Assembly (NCBI GenBank): GCA_050179755.1
Contig: JBFXEV010000001.1
Span: 41,994 to 105,993 of the forward strand
From: Candidatus Babeliales bacterium
GTDB lineage: Bacteria > Babelota > Babeliae > Babelales > JBFXEV01
Direction of reading: 5' to 3'
Length of the DNA stretch: 64,000 nt
The notes under the pieces were generated by a model, which did no database searches, had not been told where the DNA came from, and was given only the letters and a program-made list of their open reading frames with translations. Positions 29,781 to 39,317 of this stretch are shown one piece after another (within the stretch, counting starts at the first letter, position 1; the number at the start of each line of letters is the position of its first letter). A program made the position numbers and the translations under genes.

Positions 29781-31301
29781 ATGAACAATCGAATAGCATA
29801 TGCCAAAGATATGCAAAAACAAGTTAAACACGCAGGCAACATACTTTTACTTGGATGCGGCGCGATCGCTCGAGCATCATTGCCATTACTTTTTCAACTT
29901 ATTGATTTTGACCCCAAGAAGCTCACCATAATTGATTTTGCAGACACCAGAAACACGATAACTGACTATTTAAACCAAGGCGTGATTTTTAAACAAGAAA
30001 AAATAACCCCAGAAAATTATAAAAGTATACTGTCACGAACTCTTACTAAAGGCGATTTGCTTCTAGACTTATCCTGGAACATTGATACGTGTGATCTACT
30101 AACATATTGCCATGAGCATGGAATTCTTTATGTAAATACGAGCATTGAAGAATGGAATCCTTACCAACAATTTGCAACGCTCCATGAATCAACGCTCTAC
30201 TATCGCCATCAAGTCATCCGTAAATTGCTTGGAAATTGGCACAACACTATAAGCCAACCAACCGCTATTCTTGATCACGGCGCAAATCCCGGCATGATAT
30301 CTCATTTGGTCAAAAAAGGACTCTGTGACATTGTTACGCAAAAACTTATTCCATCAGAAAAGCTTGTGGATCACGAAAAAGATTCAATGCTGTCTTACAT
30401 TAAAAATAATCAGTTTAATCTGTTGGCGCAAAAAATTGGTTTAAAAGTAGTTCATATTTCTGAGCGCGATACACAAATTTCCAATGATCCCAAAAAACCT
30501 GATGAGTTTGTAAACACGTGGTCTGTTGAAGGCTTGATTGAAGAAGGCTTAGCGCCGGCAGAACTTGGTTGGGGAACTCATGAAAAAGCATTACCACCGG
30601 ACGCATTTACGCATCCAAAGGGCAACAGAAATCAAATCTTTTTAAAATCACGCGGCATGAATACCCTAATGAAAAGTTGGATCAAAAGTGGTCCTATTAT
30701 TGGCATGCTGATCAGACATGGTGAATCATACAGTATTAGTGATCGACTGGCCGTTTTTCCTGACGAACAACAGACAAGTTATATACATCATCCTTTACGG
30801 CATCATGACCGCAAACTGCAAGCACTCTATCGCCCTACCGTGCATTATGTGTATTGCCCCAGCGATAGCGCACTCGCATCTTTACACGAATTTAGAATGC
30901 ATAATTATGAACGGCAAAAAAAACAACGAATTTTATATAATGACATTATATCAGGCACTGATGAATTAGGTTGTCTCTTAATGGGTGATTTTGGTGTGTG
31001 GTGGGTAGGTAGCTTATTGAGTATTGAAGAAGCGCGTGCCATTATTGACCCTAAAAAAAATAAAATTAATGCAACTTCGTTGCAAGTTGCGTCAAGTTTT
31101 GTAGCTTCTGCAATTTATGCGTTGCGCCATCCCAATGTAGGTATTTGTATGGCTGATGATATTGACCATCGAGAAATCTTGGAACTTGCAAGTCCTTTTT
31201 GGGGAGAGATTTGGAGTGGGGAGATTAAACTATCGCCCGATGAAGCACAGAAGATCCGTGAATATCAATTTGAAGACTTCCACGTAACTGAACAACAATG
31301 A
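29781..31301 (+). CDS. hss: Homospermidine synthase
   Basis: GCGAI Rossmann loop, HGANPG, HISERDTQ, EFVNTWSVEG, PAELGWGTHE, YRPTVHY and NATSLQV. Confidence 0.9.
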   Translation: MNNRIAYAKDMQKQVKHAGNILLLGCGAIARASLPLLFQLIDFDPKKLTIIDFADTRNTITDYLNQGVIFKQEKITPENYKSILSRTLTKGDLLLDLSWNIDTCDLLTYCHEHGILYVNTSIEEWNPYQQFATLHESTLYYRHQVIRKLLGNWHNTISQPTAILDHGANPGMISHLVKKGLCDIVTQKLIPSEKLVDHEKDSMLSYIKNNQFNLLAQKIGLKVVHISERDTQISNDPKKPDEFVNTWSVEGLIEEGLAPAELGWGTHEKALPPDAFTHPKGNRNQIFLKSRGMNTLMKSWIKSGPIIGMLIRHGESYSISDRLAVFPDEQQTSYIHHPLRHHDRKLQALYRPTVHYVYCPSDSALASLHEFRMHNYERQKKQRILYNDIISGTDELGCLLMGDFGVWWVGSLLSIEEARAIIDPKKNKINATSLQVASSFVASAIYALRHPNVGICMADDIDHREILELASPFWGEIWSGEIKLSPDEAQKIREYQFEDFHVTEQQ

Positions 31302-31306
31302 AAATA

Positions 31307-33241
31307 TCAAGAAACAATACCATTTGTTGATTGTGCAAATCCATTTTTTGGGACCAAGATAGTCATTGCACCCGGCGCATTCTGTGCAACTTCCATGCCA
31401 GTTTTTGCATCAACTGTCATCGCTTTAAGTGAATGATCAAACGTAAATCGCTTGCTGTTACATGGAACATCTTTGTGTAAACCAAACCAAATAGGGAACG
31501 CCATGCGCGATGCATAGCAGTTTACACCCATTGGCCGGTTATCATCGCAGCCAATGTATATTGCAGTGGTTAATTCTGGTGTTGCTCCTGCAAACCACGT
31601 AGTGCGCCAATCGTTAGTTGTCCCTGTTTTGCCGATCGCTTCACTATCAATCCATTCTTTGCGTCGTTTCTTACCACGTTCCATACTGGCTTGCAAAACA
31701 CTATTAACTTGATCGGCAACATGCGGCTTTACTACCATCTTTTGTTCAGGCAATGACTTATATATTTTTTTACCCAATGCATCTTTTATCCACACAATAT
31801 AATGCGGTTTTGTATATACGCCATGATTGGCAAAAATATTAAATGTACATGCAACATCAATTAATGTGCGATCAATACAACCAAGCGCAAGCGAAGGATA
31901 AGCAGGCACCAAGCCTAATTGGCCTTTTTCTATAATCTCTGCAGCTTTTTCTGGCCCTACGGTAAGCAATGCTTTAATGCTCACAATATTATTAGAACGA
32001 GATAATGCATGTGCAAGCGTCATCTGACCATCAAATGTTAATGTGTTATTACGCGGCTGCCATACCGTGCCACCAGAAGTAAGCGATAACGGTTCATCAA
32101 TAAACGTATCATCAAAGCGCAATCCTCCCTCGATTGCTGCAGCATAAATGAGTGGTTTCAATATGGAACCCATTTGCCGTTGCGCTTGCATTGCACGATT
32201 AAATTTAGATTTTGTAAAATCAAAACCACCCACAAGTGCACGAACTGCACCAGATGCCACATCAAGAGTCACCAATGCACCATCAATATCTGAGCAAATT
32301 TCTTTATGCATCAAACGCATATGCTCTGCAAAAGCACGAGACGCACAGCGTTGAATATTTATGTCAAGTGTAGTTTGAATGCGATATCCTTCTGAATATA
32401 ACGCACTCTTGCCCACTAAAGCTTCTACTTCTTGCCTAATTGCTTCCTGCAAATGCGGCGCTAAGAATTCTTGCTGATGCTCCACTATACCAAGCGGTTG
32501 TTGTTGACATGTAGCACATACTTTTTTATCAATAAAATTAAGTTCTCGCATTGATCTGAGCACTACATTGCGACGCTGCTCACTTGATAATGGGCATAAC
32601 AATGGCGAATAAAGCCCCGGTGATTTTACAACGGCTGCAAGAGTAGCAGCCTGTTCAATAGAAAGTTGTTGTGCAGATATTCCCCAAAACCGTTGGCTTG
32701 CAGCTTCCACGCCATAAATTCCACACCCAAAATAAACATGATTTAAATAGGTTTGCAGAATTTGCTCTTTGCTAAATTGCCGCTCAATAAGAAGTGCCAT
32801 CAGCTGTTCTTTAAACTTGCGGGTAAATGTTTTGGAAGCACCCACATAGAGCAATTTAATAAGTTGCTGCGTGATAGTACTTGCGCCTTGTTTTTTGCGA
32901 CCATGGTATATATTCACCAATGTGGAACGCACAATCCCTTTAATAGAAATACCTGGATGATGAAAAAAATCATGGTCCTCTGCTGCAATAAACGCTTGTA
33001 TCAAATGTTGTGGCATTTCATTAAGTGAGATAGGTTTTCGTTTATCGCGTGCAAATCTTGCCCATTCAACACCATGGCAATCAAGCAAGACTGAAGGTGT
33101 TCCTGGCTCATAATGCTCTAAAACAGAAAGATCTACAATGTGATAGTGAGAAACAAAAAAAAGTCCCCCCATGCAAGCTGCTATGCTACATAATAAAAGT
33201 ATAATAACATAGGTAAAATTAATTCTCTTGAATATATACAC
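31307..33241 (-). CDS. Class A penicillin-binding protein (PBP1A family)
   Basis: Transglycosylase motifs EDHDF, GASTITQQ and RKFKE; transpeptidase motifs SILK, SNN and KTG. Confidence 0.92.
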   Translation of the reverse strand: MYIFKRINFTYVIILLLCSIAACMGGLFFVSHYHIVDLSVLEHYEPGTPSVLLDCHGVEWARFARDKRKPISLNEMPQHLIQAFIAAEDHDFFHHPGISIKGIVRSTLVNIYHGRKKQGASTITQQLIKLLYVGASKTFTRKFKEQLMALLIERQFSKEQILQTYLNHVYFGCGIYGVEAASQRFWGISAQQLSIEQAATLAAVVKSPGLYSPLLCPLSSEQRRNVVLRSMRELNFIDKKVCATCQQQPLGIVEHQQEFLAPHLQEAIRQEVEALVGKSALYSEGYRIQTTLDINIQRCASRAFAEHMRLMHKEICSDIDGALVTLDVASGAVRALVGGFDFTKSKFNRAMQAQRQMGSILKPLIYAAAIEGGLRFDDTFIDEPLSLTSGGTVWQPRNNTLTFDGQMTLAHALSRSNNIVSIKALLTVGPEKAAEIIEKGQLGLVPAYPSLALGCIDRTLIDVACTFNIFANHGVYTKPHYIVWIKDALGKKIYKSLPEQKMVVKPHVADQVNSVLQASMERGKKRRKEWIDSEAIGKTGTTNDWRTTWFAGATPELTTAIYIGCDDNRPMGVNCYASRMAFPIWFGLHKDVPCNSKRFTFDHSLKAMTVDAKTGMEVAQNAPGAMTILVPKNGFAQSTNGIVS

Positions 33242-33530
33242 GCCAATCGTCTATTTCGGCTTCTGTATCTATTCCCACTAACCCTTGCATCCAAGGACAG
33301 TATTTTAATGATAAGCCAATCGTAATAGCAACAGCAAGAAGAGCAAGTTCCTTTTTATAATGTACAACAAACGTTGCTATTTCTTCTTGCGTAGCAGCAA
33401 ATGAAATGCCATTTTTTTGCAGTAAACTTTTAGAAAAAGTAACTGAATTATTTATTGGCACGTGCGTATGAGATAACAACGTGCTCCATACTAGCGAAGC
33501 TGTAAAAACTGACGTAAAAATTTTTTTCAT
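33219..33530 (-). CDS. Hypothetical small membrane protein
   Basis: RBS (AAGGAG), signal-like start and one TM segment. Confidence 0.55.
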   Translation of the reverse strand: MKKIFTSVFTASLVWSTLLSHTHVPINNSVTFSKSLLQKNGISFAATQEEIATFVVHYKKELALLAVAITIGLSLKYCPWMQGLVGIDTEAEIDDWRVYIQEN

Positions 33531-33608
33531 AGTACTCCTTGCAATTTTGGGTACACTATTGTTATAGAAGACATCTTACTTAACCACTTAAAATTGTCAA
33601 TTTACTGC

Positions 33609-34055
33609 ATGCAAAGCTGGCATTATTATCTGATTATCACCTTGGTTTTCTTTCTAAATAATACGCTGCATACTTTATTTGGAATACCTAGCGCATTATT
33701 ATTAGGCGTAACTACGTTTATCTTAGTACAACCTCAAAACTCTGCTATGCTTAAAATATATGCCATTGCACTTGTTTGCTTTGATTATTTCGTTTGGCTT
33801 GACCAACTTGGCCCCCCTCTGCTTTATTTAGCCCCTCTTTATCTACTTGCCCCTGCCCTTAATCAACTATTAATGCCCAGGGCAAGAAGCCTGCTACCTT
33901 ACGCTTTTTTTTCTAGTGCCTATTTGGTACAGATTTATACCCTGGAACCCTTAACTACCGGGGTTTTACCACCTTTTGCCTGTACAATTTGGCCTTTTTG
34001 TGCTATAGTACTAGGGATATATAGCTTTGAAATATATAGATCAACAGCAGTTTAG
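33609..34055 (+). CDS. Hypothetical polytopic membrane protein (possibly MreD-like)
   Basis: Uniformly hydrophobic ~150-aa ORF; its 3' end overlaps the rnpB 5' stem. Confidence 0.45.
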   Translation: MQSWHYYLIITLVFFLNNTLHTLFGIPSALLLGVTTFILVQPQNSAMLKIYAIALVCFDYFVWLDQLGPPLLYLAPLYLLAPALNQLLMPRARSLLPYAFFSSAYLVQIYTLEPLTTGVLPPFACTIWPFCAIVLGIYSFEIYRSTAV

Positions 34056-34450
34056 GTAATCGCTTTCTCTTTTAAAAATTGAGAGAAAGAGGAAAGTCCG
34101 GACTCCAAATAAACACGGTACCATGCAAGAACTTGTTTCAAGCATGGGCAGGGTAAAAAAACACTATCCTGACGGCAAGTGCCACAGAAAATAACCACCT
34201 TAACCCGCTCATCCTGCGCTTGTCGAAGGATTTGAGCGGATCAGGTAAGGGTGAAAATGTGCGGTAAGAGCGCACAAAACAAAGCAGCAATGTTTTGTTT
34301 GGGCAAACCCTCCGGGAGCAAGACAAACAGTGCGTTCGGTTGTTTATTCCGATTTAAAACGTGCGGGTACGTTGCATAGATAAATGGTTACCATATTACG
34401 CATCGCAAGATGTGCAATAACAGAATCCGGCTTATTAATTGTTGTTGATC
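34039..34450 (+). ncRNA. rnpB: RNase P RNA (type A)
   Basis: GAGGAAAGTCCGG, AGTGCCACAGAAA, AAGGGTGAAA..GCGGTAAGAGCGCAC, GGCAAACCC..GAGCAAG, AGATAAATG and ACAGAATCCGGCTTAT. The terminal stem is GATCAACAGCAG/TTGTTGTTGATC. Confidence 0.95.
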
Positions 34451-34521
34451 CTCCTACGCTTATCCGGGCACGCTCATCCTGAGCTTGTCGAAGGACGGGC
34501 TCGGCAAGCTACGGGGACAGG
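34450..34521. repeat. Nested palindromic repeat downstream of rnpB
   Basis: The arms TACGCTTATCCGGGC and GGCTCGGCAAGCTACG are identical to the element at 50344-50379 (reverse strand). The loop contains CGCTCATCCTGAGCTTGTCGAAGGA. Confidence 0.75.
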
Positions 34522-34540
34522 CCTTTTAAATTTTCAGTAC

Positions 34541-35266
34541 ATGAAATTCATACCTTCGATGAAACTAACAAACTTCCTCTGGGCATTACCCTTCATTTGT
34601 TTTATAAGCACTTATACTATTCTCACGCTTATTTTTACCGCACCTCCAATTCCAGCACCATCACTTATTGGCAAACAATTGCCAGAAGCGTTTACCATTC
34701 TTTCGCACCATAATTTAAATCCACGCATCTTACATGAGCAAGTTGATAATGATGTGCCTGCTGGTACCATTTTGAGCCAAACCCCGCTTGCTGGCCAAAA
34801 AATTAAACCTTATCAACAGCTTTTTTTAACGGTTAGCAAAAAAGCAGAAAAAACTATTGCACCATCCGTGCAAGGCAAAACATATGAACAAGTTGTGGAA
34901 CAACTTACCAAAGCTCATATAAAACATAAACGATATGATCTTGCAAGCAAAAAACCAATGGGTACTATTATTGCACAATTGCCTGCAGCAGGCGCACCTC
35001 TTGAACAAAACAGCATGATTCTTTATGTATCGCAAGGAAATAATAAGCCAATTTTATGCCCCCAATTTATTGGCAAAACGGTTAAAGAGGTAACCCAATT
35101 TTTAGAAACATATAATATAGCACCCGAAGTATATCATGCACATACAATGTATGATAATCATTCATGTGCAAACTGCGTAGTACTCAATCAACAACCCCTT
35201 GCAGGAACTATTATTGACCTTCATCAAGGTTTGACTGTACAGTTGAAGGTGACTCACTGCATGTAA
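34541..35266 (+). CDS. PASTA domain protein
   Basis: N-terminal TM and three repeats of the type PSLIGK...GTILSQTP.AG. Confidence 0.85.
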   Translation: MKFIPSMKLTNFLWALPFICFISTYTILTLIFTAPPIPAPSLIGKQLPEAFTILSHHNLNPRILHEQVDNDVPAGTILSQTPLAGQKIKPYQQLFLTVSKKAEKTIAPSVQGKTYEQVVEQLTKAHIKHKRYDLASKKPMGTIIAQLPAAGAPLEQNSMILYVSQGNNKPILCPQFIGKTVKEVTQFLETYNIAPEVYHAHTMYDNHSCANCVVLNQQPLAGTIIDLHQGLTVQLKVTHCM

Positions 35267-36104
35267 GCATGCCATCTTGATACGCATACGTATTTCTAAA
35301 AGTAACTAATCTATTTATAGACGCAATAATATCAGGCACATAAAGCTTAATTTGTGTAGGATTAAGCAATCTTGCCCGCTCATCATGCGCATAATAAAGT
35401 TCCTCCAGAGCCTCAGGAGTCATCTCTTCATTATCTTGTGCCGTCAACGCACGAGATACTACATCTAATTTTTCAGACACTAATGCATTAATGGCGTTAA
35501 GCTCATCTTCTTTTGGAAAATAGAACGGTGGCAATAAACAATAACTTGCAATAATTTTACAGACGTCTGTTACCAACCTCCGTGGGTTTTCTGGACGTTT
35601 AAAACACAGCATTATGATAAATCCACTATTTTTTAACCGTCGCAAATTAATTGAACTGTACGGCACATATGTTAATAATCCTTTAACAAATTCACGGCTC
35701 TTTGACGCACTCAAATGCATCGTATTATGTTGATTACTATCACATGCAGAGAGATCGGCTCCATGATCAAGTAAAAGAGCTGCTAGTTTAAAATCTGTTG
35801 GTATGGTATCCCAAACCATTGAAAGAAGTGGTGTTTTATATTGTTTATTACGCGCATCAACTGGTACCTTATGTTGCAAAAGATAGGCCGCTATAATAGG
35901 ATTAGGAGCTACATGTAGCAAAGTATTACCATCACTATCACGGCATTGCAAAAATAGCTCTGAATTACATGCTGTACTAAATGTTTGTCTAAGCTCGGGT
36001 AAATTGCCCTTTCTGACTAATGCAAACAAATCAGTTTGCATCGCAATGACATTAAAAAAACCCAAAAATAAGAGAAGCACATAACAACAAAAAGAATATG
36101 CCAC
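35211..36104 (-). CDS. Ankyrin-repeat protein with signal peptide
   Basis: GNTLLH, TPL and LLDHGAD motifs. Confidence 0.8.
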   Translation of the reverse strand: MAYSFCCYVLLLFLGFFNVIAMQTDLFALVRKGNLPELRQTFSTACNSELFLQCRDSDGNTLLHVAPNPIIAAYLLQHKVPVDARNKQYKTPLLSMVWDTIPTDFKLAALLLDHGADLSACDSNQHNTMHLSASKSREFVKGLLTYVPYSSINLRRLKNSGFIIMLCFKRPENPRRLVTDVCKIIASYCLLPPFYFPKEDELNAINALVSEKLDVVSRALTAQDNEEMTPEALEELYYAHDERARLLNPTQIKLYVPDIIASINRLVTFRNTYAYQDGMLTCSESPSTVQSNLDEGQ

Positions 36105-36182
36105 TCCAGCTCCTTTTTACCATACCTTCATACTTTAGGTATACCAAAAAAGAGACTGCTAAATCAATGAAATAAAGCAAGA

Positions 36183-36872
36183 TTATGCGCCGAAATTGCG
36201 CGTGACTTCTTCAAAATAACCTAATGCTGTATCAAGATCATTTTCTTGTATATCAGGCCATAGACAATCAAGAAAGTAAAGTTCACTATAGGCTGCCTGA
36301 AAGAGCAAGAAATTGCTCAAACGATTTCTGCCGCCAGTGCGAATGATAAGTTCTGGCTCGGGGATAGCGCCAGTCCATAAATAAGAATTAACTAATGTAT
36401 CATTAATTTGATCTAGTTTTATAATACCTGCCTGCACATCTTGTGCAATTGCCTTACATGCATGCGCAATTTCTTGTTGACCACCATAGCAAAAAAGCAA
36501 ATTAACTTGCAAAGTGTCTAAATGTTTTGTTTCATGCTCAACCTCTTCAATGGTAGACTGCACGCTGGCTGGGAATAATGATCTATCTCCAATAAAGCAA
36601 ATGCGTATACCCTTGATAATTAGTTCAGATAATCGCTTATGAGCTTCATGCGCCAAGATCTCAAACAAAAAACTTTTCTCTTCAGGGCTGCGATTAAAAT
36701 TTTCAAGTGAGAACGTATACAGTGAAAGATATTTAATCTGTTTATTTAGACAATAGTTAAGTACTTTTTGTGCCGCCTGCACGCCTTCTTGATGCCCCTT
36801 CCAAGGAGTAAGCAAGCGTTTTTTTGCCCAACGGCGATTTCCATCCATTATCAATGCTAGATGTTTGATCAT
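36183..36872 (-). CDS. uppS: Undecaprenyl diphosphate synthase
   Basis: HLALIMDGNRRWA, FSLENFNR and IRTGG..RLSNFLLFQ. Confidence 0.95.
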   Translation of the reverse strand: MIKHLALIMDGNRRWAKKRLLTPWKGHQEGVQAAQKVLNYCLNKQIKYLSLYTFSLENFNRSPEEKSFLFEILAHEAHKRLSELIIKGIRICFIGDRSLFPASVQSTIEEVEHETKHLDTLQVNLLFCYGGQQEIAHACKAIAQDVQAGIIKLDQINDTLVNSYLWTGAIPEPELIIRTGGRNRLSNFLLFQAAYSELYFLDCLWPDIQENDLDTALGYFEEVTRNFGA

Positions 36873-37318
36873 AAACTGAGATCTTCGGGCGTATATTCTG
36901 CTGCAGTGCACATAACCGGAAACAATTCATCAATATCATGACATATTTCTTCTGCAATATCACCATCAAATACTTGCCCGGTCATGCCATATACTGCTAC
37001 AAGCTCCAAGCAACCAACATAATCTTCCTGAGATAAAATATGTTTTTGGAATGCAGCTTCAAAAATCATGCCCGCGGAAGTTTCTGGTTGCTCAAATTCA
37101 TAAATCATGCCAACTCGCTCTGCCATATAACTACAGAGCGCATGAAAAGCTACTTCAAAAGCACGCACCGCTGAAAGGCGCACATGCGGATAGGTTGGAG
37201 ACGTTTGATAAGCTTGATTCAATTTTGTTAGTGCCGCATGCAATGCATCTAAATGTTTAATAACAATCTGATGCTTTTTTTTAATAATTTCTTTGCGTTC
37301 GCTCGGTATTTGCAACAT
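36869..37318 (-). CDS. HEPN / nucleotidyltransferase substrate-binding (HI0074-like) protein, degenerate
   Basis: AVRAFEVAFHAL resembles IQRFEFTFELAW; also FEAAF..IL and IAEEI. The Rx4H motif is absent. Confidence 0.55.
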   Translation of the reverse strand: MLQIPSERKEIIKKKHQIVIKHLDALHAALTKLNQAYQTSPTYPHVRLSAVRAFEVAFHALCSYMAERVGMIYEFEQPETSAGMIFEAAFQKHILSQEDYVGCLELVAVYGMTGQVFDGDIAEEICHDIDELFPVMCTAAEYTPEDLSL

Positions 37319-37320
37319 AG

Positions 37321-37971
37321 TTATATCTTGGAAACCTGCTGTTTTGCTCCATAAAGCACTCTCACATCAACAGCCTGTATAAAGGCCACACCATGCATTA
37401 TTATAACCATGCCTAATGCACATACTAATCGCTCAACCGCCACAAAAGGTAGCAACCCTGACCAGATTGCAGCAGTAGTTGGCATTATATAAAGCCATAG
37501 CACAGAGCCTACTGCATGTTGCACAAATGTGGCGCCAAGCGCGGTGGTAAATTGCGTTTGTTGCGTGTAATATAGCACCACTGGAATCAACCAGTAGCAG
37601 GCATAGAACCAGGCTTGACCGCCTACCGGATGCGCTATAAAAAGGACCATACACAAAAGAGGCGTTGCCACACGAATCCAAAAGGAAGTTGATCTAAAAT
37701 AGAGTGCTGCCGCAAAAGTGGGCAAATACAATGAGAAAGGAGACAATAAACTTGTTCCCATAAAAACGCAATGCACCATACGGCGCAGCAAAAAAAGACC
37801 TGCTCCAAAGCCCATGCCTGTATAGAGACTTACTAATGGACCACCAAGAGAGAATCCCGAAAAAACTGCGGTTTTTGCTCCTAAAAGCACATTTATTTTT
37901 AATAAACTAAGTAATTCTAGGATACTAAAGCCTACCACCACAGTAATAATGCTTGCTAATCTACGATTCAT
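37321..37971 (-). CDS. Hypothetical polytopic membrane protein (possibly ECF S-component-like)
   Basis: About 6 hydrophobic helices in 216 aa. Confidence 0.55.
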   Translation of the reverse strand: MNRRLASIITVVVGFSILELLSLLKINVLLGAKTAVFSGFSLGGPLVSLYTGMGFGAGLFLLRRMVHCVFMGTSLLSPFSLYLPTFAAALYFRSTSFWIRVATPLLCMVLFIAHPVGGQAWFYACYWLIPVVLYYTQQTQFTTALGATFVQHAVGSVLWLYIMPTTAAIWSGLLPFVAVERLVCALGMVIIMHGVAFIQAVDVRVLYGAKQQVSKI

Positions 37972-38147
37972 TGTAAGTCACCCTTTAAAGACTGCTTATG
38001 AACAAAATATATTTGTAGTAATAAGAATACAGCAAAGTAAGAAAAAAGGGAAAGATTACTTAGGCCGACCCATCGGTTTACAATAGAGTAGATGTCTTTA
38101 ATAGAAGTTCACTAAATATTTTCAAGCAATTATCTCTGGCGCCGCTT

Positions 38148-38226
38148 CCTCCGCGGCAAGCGCACCCTTTTTGGTGCATCCTACTTGGCAAAGGCTTAAA
38201 AAGGACACGGAAAGGGTGCAAAAAGT
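38148..38226. repeat. Palindromic repeat (CCTCCGGCG...TTTTT/AAAAA family) with inner hairpin
   Basis: GCACCCTTT/AAAGGGTGC stem preceded by CCTCCGCGG; resembles 49902-49956 and the reverse complement of 50170-50215. Confidence 0.5.
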
Positions 38227-38421
38227 AATTAAGGGCATGCTATCCCTTAATAATCCCATACCTTATTTTGTTGCTGCTGAAATATTAAAATACTTCTACA
38301 ATAAACTTAATAATGGAGTTAATTAACTAATTTCTGCTTAAATCTTTAGGATTCAACTTAACTATTGTGTACATTAAATGATGTGAGAAAATAGATCTTA
38401 AATTTTATTAACCAAGACCAA

Positions 38422-39219
38422 ATGGTTACCAAATATAAAAGATGATTGAGCGTTGCCGTAGTGCTTTGCTCATTAATCTCAACCTCAATTGGTGCAACAA
38501 ACAAATAGGATTGCTGTTGCCCCGTTATAAAAGAACATTACAAACCAGAACATCATAATTCTAAATTTCGCAAAGAAGGTGCAAACATAACCCAACTCGA
38601 TCTCACTCCCGTAAATATTACCGTAGCTGAAAACTATCCTGATAATGGCCAAACCATTAATCTTATTGCAAAAATTGCAAGTCAAAATACTAGCGGGAAA
38701 AACGTGCTCTTTCTACACGGATTTCCACACTGTCACTCGTTATGGAGCACAACTGAGACCTGGATCTAAGTTACGCACTAAACATAACTTATACACATTA
38801 GATTTTCGTGGTCAAGGTGAATCTGATAAACCTGCACCTTCTGCGCCACCTGCGCCAGATGGTACTGACACTGTTTACCGCCCATGGCAAAATTATGCCA
38901 ATGATATTCATCAAGCAATTCTACGATTGGGCCTTACAGATCTTAATAAACCTGTGTTCGTTGCACATTCAGCTGGCGCATTTTTCCTCAATGATTACTT
39001 ACGCATGAATGATCCTGTATGGGCAGCTGTAACAGTGCCTACATGAGTAATTCATGGCGTAAATGATCATGTATATTATTTGCCGCAAAAGAACATCTTG
39101 CTCTCGTAATTCCAAAAGCAAAATTAAAAGCATTCAAGCCGGGTAGTCACTTTCCACCATTACAAAATACAAAGAAATTCAATAAAGTGTTATTAAAGTT
39201 TCTTAAATATTATAACTAG
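38422..39219 (+). pseudogene. Decayed secreted alpha/beta hydrolase
   Basis: VLFLHGFP, DFRGQGESDKP, AHSAG, VIHGVND and SHFP motifs are spread over different frames, with three in-frame stops and two frameshifts. Confidence 0.8.
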
Positions 39220-39220
39220 T

Positions 39221-39255
39221 AAAAAGGGGGGGTGGTTGACGCCCGACCCCTTTTT
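39221..39255 (+). terminator. Likely bidirectional intrinsic terminator
   Basis: AAAAAGGGG...CCCCTTTTT stem. Confidence 0.6.
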
Positions 39256-39317
39256 ACGTAACATGTGAGCTAATATCATTAAATCTCATGAATCTTTTGT
39301 AAAAGCACGAAATTAAT

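Noticed and set aside
34138..34326. 62-aa reverse ORF, and the 34439 extension of the PASTA ORF
   Set aside because: The ORF is antisense to rnpB, and the extension merely translates the repeat element.
38140..38230. Possible riboswitch (c-di-GMP-like GGCAAA...) upstream of a membrane protein
   Set aside because: Core consensus is not met, and the region is better explained as a member of the palindromic repeat family.
38422..39219. Stop-codon recoding as an explanation for in-frame stops
   Set aside because: Both TGA and TAG occur together with frameshifts, and all other genes read normally in code 11.
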